From a virus: a stretch of DNA of 64,000 bases. Below, piece after piece: positions 38,862 through 49,251 of the stretch (position 1 is its first letter; every line of letters begins with the position of its first letter). The stretch is from positions 1 to 64,000 of the IMG/VR virus record IMGVR_UViG_3300009068_000024. The stretch is one strand, 5' to 3'. Made by a program: the position numbers and the translations under genes. The notes below the pieces were generated by a model, which saw only the letters and a list, made by a program, of their open reading frames with translations, ran no database searches and was not told where the DNA came from.

Positions 38862-41782
38862 AAGTGGATTACGAAGTATCAAGAATAGCGATCTGGAAAG
38901 TAGAGAACGCTAAGACAAAGTTAGAACTTACCTATTCTGCCGAGTATGGAGCAGAGATAAAAGCAAGCTTGACTTACCGAACACTAGGGGGAGAGTGGAT
39001 AAAAACTATCAGGTATTACAACCGAGCCGAGTGTCTAATGGATTTCGCTACCCTAACCAATAATAAAAAACTGATCAGGGTAATAGAGAGAACAGAGCAG
39101 TATCAAAGCTATTTAGAGAATAGTTAGACACGCCAAAAAATAAATGAAAATAAACTTGACTTAGATTAGACAAAAGACTAAGTTAGAAGTATTGGAAGTT
39201 CCAATAGCCAAAATCGGCACAGAACTAAGGAAGTAAATAAATGGAAAATCAAGAACCACAAGAACCACAAGAAGTAAAAATCACAAGCAAGAAAGCAAAA
39301 GAAGCTTACGCTTTACTAAAAGCCATAAAGGAACAAATGGCAGACTTGGAAAAGCAGAAAGCACAGGCTAACGAAATCTTGGCACAGGCTCTAAATGGTG
39401 CCAAGCGTGGAGTTGTTGCTGGACAGGGATCGTTTATTATGGCAAGTGGTAAAAACACTAGTTTTGACCGAACCCTGATGAAAGAGAAGTTTCCGTTGGC
39501 GTTCCAAGAGTGCCTAAGAACTACGGAATACGAATACATCAAGCTTGTCTAACAAGAAGTAGTTATCCCCTAATAAACCACACCGAGAGTTTGGATTAGG
39601 GGATTTACTTTTTACCGAGAGAAGTGGTAATGTAGAGATACCACCGAAAATGAAAGTAGAAAAATGACCAAGTATGTAAAACACCTAAACAATGATGAAC
39701 TACTACAACGCCTAGCAGACGAGTTAGTTCAGGCACACAAGGAAACAGGCATAGACCTAGGCTATTGGGAAACAGCCAGAGAAGTTGTAGAACGCTTTTA
39801 CAGCGTGGAAGTAAAACTAACTATCAGGAAAGCAAAGAAAAAATGACCGAACAGGAAAAGCCGAAAGGCGATTTTAGTGATCCAAAAAGTTTCTATTTCA
39901 ATGACTACCTAAGCAACCACATAGGACACAAGCTTGAAGTTGTTGAGTATTGTTGTGGAGTGTGTGGAAAGACCACCGACTTTATGCTCCGTTGTTTCCA
40001 AGATGACATAGATGATACTTGTTTCAACGACCCTGCCGGTATTGCTAGGGAATGGGTGAAACCACATTGCGAGTGTAATCACAGCCCTTGGACAAAAAAT
40101 GACTAAGTGTAAGTGTTGTAATGGCGAAAATGTATTCACTTGCGAGAGTTGTGGAAACGGATTAGCAAGTGAAAGAAAAGCTTTTACCGATAGTTCAGGG
40201 ATAGAGTTTGACCCGACTACCGAACACGCTATTTATGTTTGTGTAGATTGTAAAAAAGAACTTGACAAAAAATAATCAAGTTTAGTAAAGTGGAACTACC
40301 ACCGAAAAACAAGGAGTAAAAAGTGGAACTAAATGAAACCGAACAAAAGACCATAAAGCGTATTTATGATTTCTACGCTACTAAGGAAATCAACGCTGAT
40401 GAAGCTTTACAAAAGTTAGAAATGCTGATCAACGAAAATGAAATCTGTCAGGGTTGTCTTGCCGAGATAGACGAGAATAATCCACTCATAGACGCTGAAC
40501 GCTATGCTGTAAGCGACAAAATCGGTTATTGCGATAATTGCTATGACCCGACACCAGACTAAAAACAAGCTTGGCAGTTAGTCCCCCCTAACACTACTGC
40601 CAACGAGCAAGGGTTTTTCTCATTTCTCCCTTGCTCCACACCTAAGCAAGTGTATAAAAGGCTTATTTTTATTTAGGGAACACACCGAGAAATAATCTTG
40701 ACTAATCTTAGGCAGTTGTGGTTAGATTAGTTAGCACCAAAAAAAATAAACCACCGAAAAAGGAGAAACAAAAATGGGCGATAGAGCAACTATCCACATC
40801 ACAAGCCAGAGCTTTAGTTCACCGATAGAACTTTATGGGCATTGGTCAGGAACAGATAACGCCAAAGCAGTTGCCAAGGTATTAGAGAGAACCGACAGAA
40901 TTGGAGATGCCAATTATCTAACAGCACAGGTATTCTATGAATACGCTGTAATTCTAGGTGGTTATACAGGACACCTAAGTTTTGGCATTAGAGCAACTAA
41001 CGCTGAACCTAGCGACACTTGGGACGATAATCCGGTCGTTATCCTAAATGCCGATACAGGTTCAGTTGAGTATGACGGACAGACTTACACAGCTAATCAG
41101 TTTGCGTTAGCGTATGCCGATAAGGTAAGTTAGAACTACACCGATAAGGGTGGTAATCCATAAGGGTTATCACCTTTATCACTAACAAGGGAAAGAAAAA
41201 TGGACGAGCAATTAGAACAACTAAAAGAAAAATTACTAGATCTAAAATCTAGACGAGCAGGGTTGTTATCTTTATTGGAAGGTATTACCGAGCAAGTAAA
41301 AACAACACCAAATAAAGACCTAGCGTTTCTAGACAACTTGCTAGCACAGCTAGAACAGGCAACAATAAAATCTAATCAACTAGGCGAGATAATTGCCGAA
41401 ACTAGATTAGAAATTGCTAAGTTTAGAAAAGAGTTTGGCTTAGACTAGCCAAGCTGGTAAAGTTAGAACACAACCAAAAGAGGAGAACCAAATGAAAACA
41501 CTTGCCGAATTCAAAAGAGTATTGGCTCAACCAGACACCACACTAACTATCATCAAATACCTAAACACCAAAACAGGTGCCGAGATGAACCACAAGTTTC
41601 TAAATCAGGTTAGAACTATCGGGAAACTACAAACCAATAGCGTTGCCCTGAAAGACAAGGCAGGGAAACTATCGTGGTTAGATCTTGATAAAGCTAGTAA
41701 GTGGAGTTTCACCGAGAACATAGCAACTTTCGCTGATGAGTATGTAATTCTGGTTTATCGGGTTGAGAAACACGCTGAATAA
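38858..41782 (+). CDS. Run of small hypothetical early genes (38858, 39241, 39664, 39843, 40099, 40323, 40774, 41200, 41492)
   Basis: Most have their own promoter or AGGA/GGAG RBS; several are Cys-rich. Confidence 0.65.
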
Positions 41783-41863
41783 GCTTGACTATTCCCGAAT
41801 AGGTTTAGTAAAGTTGAGAGTAGTTAGGTAATCGCCTAACCTAAATGAGAGTAAGGAACTCAA

Positions 41864-42337
41864 ATGAACATAACACTTATCGCAGTAATGCCATTGGTTT
41901 ATCTGGCTGTTGTTGCTATCCCCCTAATCACCATAGACATTAGAGAACACCGACTACCGAACAAAATTGTTCTCCCTTTTGTTGCTATGGGTCTGGTTAC
42001 CGACATTGGTGCTAGTTTCGCTGGTGGAGAGTGGTGGAGATTAGGACTAGCTCTGGCAGTTGCGTTCGGTATCGGTATCTTAGGTATGTTTGCTAACTAC
42101 TTTGACTTTATCGGTATGGGGGACATCAAACTATTCTTTGGTAGTTCCCTAGTAATCGGCTGGTTCGTCTGGTGGTTGCCGTTGGTATTGGTAATCGCAA
42201 CGCTCATTACCGGTAGTATCGCAATTTTCTATCAGGTATTTATTCGTAAGGCTAATGCTGGAACTAGCGTTCCACTAGGACCTTATGCCATTGTTCTAGC
42301 CCTAATCATTGGAACTTACGGAGTTATGAGTATCTAG
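41864..42337 (+). CDS. Prepilin peptidase (A24 family)
   Basis: IDIREHRLPN and GMGDIKL catalytic Asp motifs, VPLGPY, multi-TM. Confidence 0.9.
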   Translation: MNITLIAVMPLVYLAVVAIPLITIDIREHRLPNKIVLPFVAMGLVTDIGASFAGGEWWRLGLALAVAFGIGILGMFANYFDFIGMGDIKLFFGSSLVIGWFVWWLPLVLVIATLITGSIAIFYQVFIRKANAGTSVPLGPYAIVLALIIGTYGVMSI

Positions 42338-42519
42338 GGAAGTAAGCCGAACCCCTTAGCCTAAATGGTTAGGGGGTTTAGCTTTACCCGAAAAAAGACG
42401 ATCTGGTGAAACTTGCGACACGCCAAAAAATAAATAATCTAAATACTTGACTATTTCCATACGGAGAGAGTAATCTGGAAGTAGTTAGGCAAACGACCTA
42501 ACAGAATACGGAGATAAAA

Positions 42520-42729
42520 ATGAGTGGATACGACATTGGTGGTGGCTATGATGGCTGGAAACTATCTACCCCTTGGGATAACGAGCGAGAGATTAGCGTT
42601 AGCTTTGAGTGTGCCGAGTGTGAAGTTGAGAATGAAACCGAAGTTGTCGTTGGTGGCAGGTCGGGAGATGTTGATGTTGAGTGTGCCGAGTGTGGCAAGA
42701 ACAACAGCGTCAGTTTTGGTGATGACTAA
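42520..42729 (+). CDS. Small acidic zinc-ribbon protein
   Basis: YDGWKL; two CAEC motifs. Confidence 0.65.
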   Translation: MSGYDIGGGYDGWKLSTPWDNEREISVSFECAECEVENETEVVVGGRSGDVDVECAECGKNNSVSFGDD

Positions 42730-43285
42730 ATGGACGAGTTTATCAGAACTACAACAGGACAGATAGCACTTTGCCCTAAATGCGAAACAGAACTAGATGT
42801 ATTCTGTGTTTGCGCAAACAGCAACCCTATTGCTTGCGATAACTGCTGTGGATGTGAACAGCACTAACTAGCAACAACACCCGAGCAAGTGTCTAAAAGG
42901 CTCAACCTAAATCTTTGGAAAGGCAAAAGTGAAAGATAGAAAATCTAAGATCGCTTGTTGGTCTTGTGGCAAACTCACCGAAGTAAAATACATTGGTGAA
43001 AACACACATAAACAAGAGTGCCAAGAGTGTAAAAATTGGCGAGCTGAACGCTATGCTGTATTGTGTAAGAACACCGAAAAAGAAAGATCTAAAAATGCTA
43101 AATAAAGTTGCGAGATTACTTAGGGGAATTAGTAAAGTGCTAATGACCACAGGACACCGACTTAGTTGGTATGCGAACAAGCTTGACAGCACAGCAAGAA
43201 AAATTAGAAACGCTAGAAAATAAACTTGACAAAGTTTCCATACAGCAACTAAACTAAATACATCAAGACGAAAAGAGGTGAGAAA

Positions 43286-43513
43286 ATGGGAAAAAAAGTT
43301 GATACTTGGACTTGGTTTGTTGCTCGCTATGAGCAACAGGGATACAAATCTCTAAACCAATTCGCTATCGCAACAGGCTTACAAAAGTCTAGCCTTAGCC
43401 GATACTTTCATAATCAACGACACATTCCGTCAAATACTTTGGCTGTGTTGTGTCGTGAGCTGGAAGTTTCTCCAACTGAACTACTGATCGCAATTGGCGA
43501 GAAAGTAAAGTAA
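43286..43513 (+). CDS. XRE/Cro-like HTH protein
   Basis: SLNQFAIATGLQKSSLSRYF...P...L..LCR.L.VSP.EL; TTGACA promoter. Confidence 0.85.
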   Translation: MGKKVDTWTWFVARYEQQGYKSLNQFAIATGLQKSSLSRYFHNQRHIPSNTLAVLCRELEVSPTELLIAIGEKVK

Positions 43514-43579
43514 GTGCCGAACCTGAGCAAGTTCTAAAAAGGCTCAACTAAAAAACTAATAGAAAGTTGCTGTGAAGTT

Positions 43580-46500
43580 ATGAAAACATTTTTGTTGTTG
43601 CTAGGTCTATGGTCTGCTGGTTGCGGTGTTTATTGGGGGATTATAGTTGAGCATAATCACCGAGCATTAGAAATAGGTCTTAGTCTGGCGTTCCTGATAC
43701 TATTTGTTGATACACTATTAGCAGTTGCCGAGCTTCCTAGATTTATTGGAAAGCGTAATAGGCGTAAATAGACTTGGTAGAGGGTTTCTTTCATTTCCCC
43801 TCTGCCGAACACACCTGAACAAGTGTCTAAAAGGTTCATTTATTTTTTAGAGATCGGGAATTTTTTATGCCGATTAGAAGTTATTATTTATGTAATGACT
43901 AACTACAAAGGAGACAAAATGAAAAGAACTAAATTCACACCAGAACGAGTTGTTGAGCTGGACAGACTAGACAGACTTAGAACCTATGACTTACTTTATA
44001 GGGCTATGTTTGCCGGTCTAATCCCCTTTGAGCCGAACCTAAGACTAAAGCGTATGGTCAGGGTAAAGAAGTCTTAGAGAGATTTCTAGAGATCCAAAAA
44101 ATAAATGCCGACACGCTTGCTTATTTCCATTTGGAAATGCTAAAGTTGTATTAGTTAGGTAAATCGCCTAACAGATACGGAGATAAAAATGAAAAAAGCA
44201 TTAGACAACATTGGGCTTGATAAAGAAAACTTTGAGAGCAACCTTGATGATGGAATTACGATCACCGATAATCAGTGGGAAAAAATTGCCGGTGAGATAG
44301 ATGGCAGAGTTGAGAACTTTGTTTTGGAACTGCTAAACATTTTGGCAGCCGAAGTCCAAGAAGGAAATTGGGACTAAAAATAAATTGCGACACGCTTGAT
44401 TATTTCCATACGGAGATGCTAAAGTTGGAGTAGTTAGGTAAGTTGCCTAGCAGTTACGGAGTAAAAATGAGCAAGCAAGATTACAAGGTATTCTGGTGGA
44501 TACAGATTTATCCATACGGATACGAAAAGGACAGCGAACTTAGAAACATTGAGTTCTCTGGTGTTATTAGTGCCGATAATGAAGATGATGCTATGGATCA
44601 GGTTAGGGAAGATAACGACATTATTGGTGATGATTTCATTGGCTATCCTGAACCTGACTACATTGATAGTCACCCCGACATTGAGATAGTTTGGACAGAG
44701 GATATGTCTGCCGAGCCTGTGTTGGACTTGACTAAAGACGAGTAAGCCCTGCGAGTAGAAAGCCCTTAGCCGAAACGCTAGGGGTTTTTTACTGCTGAAC
44801 ACGCCTAGATAATCTTGACTAAATGCCGATAAGTGATCTAGGATTTTAGTAGTTAGGTAATCGCCTAATAAAAATAAAGAAAGTAGAAAAATGAAACTAC
44901 AAGCAACCAAGTCAAGTCCAGTCTGGCAAAAGATTATTGCCGATAATAAAGAGTGGTTTTCTAAATCAACACTGGAGTTTTTCAAATCAACTATTTTTTG
45001 GTCAAGCCTGAAAGAAACTGAACAGGGTCTAAAGTTTGTAACTAGCGAGTGGGATTACCAGCAGGAGACTAAGGTATTCACCATTAGGTTAGTTACCGAT
45101 AGGGGCATAGAAACTATCAGTCTATACGGAGAGTATTCCAGCCTTATAGAAGCCTTACGAGCCTTATAGAGATCGTAAAACTGAACCCTTGCCGAAGCTC
45201 AGGCAGGGGTTTAGTTCTATCTAGACACGCCAAAATAAATTAGTTAGATACTTGACGGAATAAAATTGGTGGTGGTAGAGTTTTATTATTAGTTAGGTAA
45301 GTTGCCTAACGGAAATGAGAAAAATGGAAAACTTTCTAGACATCAACAAGGTTGCTAAAATTGTTGGACTGCCAGCAACACAGGAAACTTGCCCAGGCTG
45401 TTCCGAACTTATTACGGACACTAATCCCCTAATTGACGCTGAACGCTACACCGTAAATTCTTACACTGGTTATTGTGAGAACTGCTACGACCCAACCCCT
45501 TACTATCCCAAGATAGATTAGGGGGGGGGGGATAATCCAGATCTGGTTTATCAACACGCCAAAACTAAATAAAGAAAATGTTTGACTATTCCCAGCTGGA
45601 ACCGATAAGATTTTATTAGTTAGGAAAAATCACCTAGCGGAAATGAGAAAAAATGTTTTACTTACAGACAACATCAACCCTAGTAAGACTTTCTAATGGA
45701 GAAACTTTTACTCAATGCGAAATCTGCGGTAGATGTTATGAGAACGAACACTGGGACAGAACCAAGATAACCAGGACTGACTGGGCTTGGACTTGCGACC
45801 ACAGCGACCAGGACACCGGAATACTAGATTAGCCTGGTTGCCGATAAGTCCCCTGGTAGAGATACCGGGGGATTTATCTTTACCAGGTGCGACCTGGTGC
45901 CAGGATCTAAAATCCAGGGACAAGCTTGCCAGGATAAATTATTAGACACGCCAGGAAAAGATTTGACTATTCCCAGGTGGAACTGGTAGATTTTTATTAG
46001 CCAGGTAAAACCCCCTGGCAGAAAGAAAAAAATGAACCAGGAACAAATTGAATTGTTTGGAATGATAGCTGATGACGCCGGTATGTCTATTGACTACTGG
46101 GCAGACACAGCGCACCACGACACAGAAAAGCACACTTACCAGATTACTTTATTACCGGACTGCGTTGATGAAACTGCCGGTGTTGTGAGCAAAACAATTT
46201 CTTACCAGGATTTACTAGACGCTACCAGGAAGCTAGCAACCGGTGAAGTAAGCGTGAACCCGGCCACCAAGTCAGTTTGCCAGGCTATCATTAGCGACCC
46301 GGCAGACGTTGATTATGACGCTACTGATACCGATGTTATTGTCCAGGTTGCGATGTTTGGTGAAATCGTATTCGGCTAGACAGCTAAGAGATGTCCCCCT
46401 GGTGAGAGCCGGGGGGGGGGGGATTATTTCTATTCTGGCCAGGACTGCCAGGGCGAGCTAGCCAGGAGCCAGGAGCCAGGAGCTAGATACGGATAATAAA

Positions 46501-46852
46501 CCAGGAACCAGGATCTAAATAATTAACCAGGTCAAGCCGGACACACTAGGTTTAGATTAAAGCCGGTTAGGTTAGTTATTATATGCTTAGATTATTAAGC
46601 AACTTTATTTAGTTATACGGAAGGTATAAAATGAAAAAATTTATTACAAGAGCTGCAATTGCTTTACTACTAGCTATTGCCGGAATTCTTTCAACACAGA
46701 TATCCAGGCTTTATCTAGAGCAATATGTTTTCTTTGATGACAATGCCGAAACCCTGGCTATGTACGCCAGGTGGCAAGTTGGTACCTGGATTTTTGCCAG
46801 CCTATCTTTGATCTCCCTGGCCTGGGCTATTGTTTCTACCAGGAAAGATTAG
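43580..46852 (+). CDS. Small hypothetical early genes (43580, 43919, 44189, 44467, 44891, 45324, 45653, 46032, 46631)
   Basis: Mostly monocistronic promoter-gene-terminator units; 45324 shares a Zn module with 40323. Confidence 0.65.
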
Positions 46853-46923
46853 CCTGGAGTACCTGGTTTAATGCGGTAGATTATATAAATCTAAGTTACT
46901 CCCCTGGGGCGTGTTCGCCCTGG
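45770..46923. repeat. Dense CCWGG cluster (~38 sites)
   Basis: Manual count of CCAGG/CCTGG in coding and non-coding DNA, including (GCCAGGA)x3 at 46461-46481. Confidence 0.85.
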
Positions 46924-47298
46924 GGGATTACCTCTATTCGGTATAAGGTAAAATGTATTGAGATTGGAGTGTGCTATGGAAATACCGAGCCCGAAACTTA
47001 ACGCCGCTTATCAAGAATATAAGAATGGAACTCTTGACCCTAAAGAGCTAACCATAGAAGAAAGTCTTGATCTGCAGTATGAATACTTTTTACATCAAAA
47101 GCAAATTAATGATGCCGATGTGATAAAGTTTGTAAAGCTTGTGATGATTGCTTCAGAATCTGAAGTAAACGATCAAGAGTAGCTATTAACAGTGCTACAA
47201 TCTAAAAATACCGTTTAAAGACAAACGGTTATGGGAGAACCCAACCAATAACGACCGAGTACTAACTCACCTCAAAAATCAGGAAAGGTAGGTCGCCA

Positions 47299-47874
47299 AT
47301 GAGAAAGTTCGCAACATTACTAATAGCGGTGGTATTAACCATTGCCGGATGCTCAGCCTCTGCAGCTATAGCATCCAAATATCCAGTAGCGAAAACAACA
47401 GAAACACCGGTGGTTGTCGTAGAAACACAGCCGCTACCTGTCAGTCAGTTAAAGCTAATGCAAAAAACATCTAACTTTAAAGAGGTTAGAAATTATGCAC
47501 GAATGAATCTGATTGTTAGGTATCTGAAGACACGCGTCGGGAAGACATCATATGTTTTCTCTGGCTCGTCAACCAGAGGATGGGACTGTTCCGGAATGGT
47601 TCGCTGGACTTATAAACAGTTCGGTATAACTCTTCCTCACTCTGCTAATAAACAAGGTCATCTTGGTAGCCGAGTATCTAACCCTAACGTTGGAGATATC
47701 GTTGTGTTTGCATACAACGGTAGCACCAACTTCTATCATGCTGCCATCTATATTGGCAACAATAAAATAGTTAACGCTAACTACGCATACGGTACAACTA
47801 TCATTGAACCGTTATCTAACTACAAACACAGTCAGATCCGCTTTGTTCGTGTTATCAGGCAGCAGAAGAACTAA
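47299..47874 (+). CDS. Secreted NlpC/P60 peptidoglycan endopeptidase
   Basis: Signal peptide; YVFSG....GWDCSG, LPHSA..Q, GDIV.F, HAAIYIG. Confidence 0.92.
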   Translation: MRKFATLLIAVVLTIAGCSASAAIASKYPVAKTTETPVVVVETQPLPVSQLKLMQKTSNFKEVRNYARMNLIVRYLKTRVGKTSYVFSGSSTRGWDCSGMVRWTYKQFGITLPHSANKQGHLGSRVSNPNVGDIVVFAYNGSTNFYHAAIYIGNNKIVNANYAYGTTIIEPLSNYKHSQIRFVRVIRQQKN

Positions 47875-47987
47875 GGTGGAACGGCTATAAGCTGCTTAGA
47901 TTCTAGGGAAGGCCTTCGGTGTAATGCCGGGGGCCTTCTCACATTTTTGAACACACTATAGAATTAGTACATACGAGAGGATGATCG

Positions 47988-48581
47988 ATGGATCCCATAT
48001 ATGCATTAGCCATTGCCGTAACTATTACCATAGCTGTGGTGGGTTCAATCGCTCTACTTGGGCTAGCAATTGTTAGTCTTACAATCAATAGAACGGTAGA
48101 CAATGCCGACTTTATATCTGACATCGAGGAGTGACATGGAAATATTTATTAACCTAGGTCTACTGGCATTAGCCGTAGGCTTTGTATCTGCAGTGCTATA
48201 CAGCTTTGTATATCGCACTCGGAATAAGAAGATCAAAACTGTAAACATTACTATCGAGGTGCCAAAATGTGCTTGCGGTGGCAATTGTGCTTGCGGTAGT
48301 AAGAAGCCGAAAGGCAAGAAGGTTCAGCCTTTGCTTGGCGTAGTTGCACCTAAGCTAGAAGACTCATACGGTCCAATAGTTTCAACACCTAAGAAGAAGG
48401 CGGTCAAGTAATGCCGGGCTGGTTCATTAAACTTAGAGACATCGTTTGGCCTTCAGTTGCATCTGTAGTACTTGCGGTAGTCGCTATTGTGCTTGCGGTA
48501 GCAAGTGTCGGATCTCCAGTACTCCCAATTGTATTTGGACTAACTTCGATCTCGATGGCCCTACTCGCTCAGCGGGTATAA
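47988..48581 (+). CDS. Three small membrane proteins (47988..48134, ~48136..48411, 48411..48581)
   Basis: Coupled ORFs with TM helices. Confidence 0.55.
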
Positions 48582-48610
48582 TAAAGATCTAATCTTACAA
48601 AGGAGGCCTT

Positions 48611-49183
48611 ATGGCAGAGAAGAAAACAGATGCGGCTCAAGAAGCCGTCATTGAAGAAGTCGTAGCAGTGGTTGAAGAGCCAGCTGCTGTCGAAGAAGTA
48701 GTAGTTGAAGATGCGGTAGAGCCTACAGTCGAAGCTGTTGTCGAAGAACCTGTAGTTGAAACTATTACTGAATCCGTAGTTGAAGAAGCGGTAGTAGAAC
48801 CTACTGTAGATTCAGTTGAAGATCTCAAGTATGCTGTTCCAGTTGCAGTAACTAGAGAGGACATCGAGAACTATCTACCTACACCAGCTGGCCCAGCTGT
48901 AGTTGGAACTGGCGTAGTTGATGATGTAATCCTATCTTCATGCGTCTACAAGAATGATGCAAACCGTAGATCACTAACCGTGTATCACGTTCAGCGTAGG
49001 CTGATCGAGCTAGAGCTATTGCAAGATGGCTTAGTCAAAGCCGGTTACTATGGAGATCTAACTAAGCAAGCGGTAGCTGTGTTTCAATCTAATAATGGCA
49101 TTGTAGGCGATGGCCTTATGAATGCGGAGACCTTTACTGCATTGTTTGATGGCGATCCAAACGTAAACGTAGTGCTTGCTTAA
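48611..49183 (+). CDS. Acidic low-complexity protein with C-terminal peptidoglycan-binding domain
   Basis: E/V-rich N-terminus; VQRRL...GYYG..T..AV..FQ..NGI..DG.M..ET..AL. Confidence 0.75.
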   Translation: MAEKKTDAAQEAVIEEVVAVVEEPAAVEEVVVEDAVEPTVEAVVEEPVVETITESVVEEAVVEPTVDSVEDLKYAVPVAVTREDIENYLPTPAGPAVVGTGVVDDVILSSCVYKNDANRRSLTVYHVQRRLIELELLQDGLVKAGYYGDLTKQAVAVFQSNNGIVGDGLMNAETFTALFDGDPNVNVVLA

Positions 49184-49251
49184 GCTGCACACCTTAGAGG
49201 CGGTCCTGCTAATGCGGGGCCGTTTCTACTATCATGGATGTAGGAGACTAA

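Larger units (their letters stand above)
36799..43838 (+). repeat. Six dispersed ~28-nt H-type pseudoknot motifs (36799, 37901, 40638, 42877, 43519, 43811)
   Basis: ACAC-CTRAGCAA-GTGT-CTAAA(A)-..GCTYA consensus with compensatory changes in both stems. Confidence 0.8.
41785..46020 (+). promoter_or_regulatory. Eight repeated early promoters, each followed by a TAGTTAGG..CCTAAC leader hairpin
   Basis: -35 TTGAC-like at ~41785, 42447, 44117, 44396, 44815, 45252, 45582, 45963; TAnnnT -10 at ~18 bp; ACACGC element upstream of most. Confidence 0.85.

Noticed and set aside
36799-43838. Pseudoknot copies or promoter repeats as a CRISPR array
   Set aside because: Copies are dispersed over kilobases and separated by genes, with no regular spacers and no cas genes
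45521-46422. G11 and G12 homopolymers (45521, 46411) as phase-variation tracts
   Set aside because: Both are the 3' arms of terminator-like hairpins outside coding sequence, and their length may be a sequencing artefact
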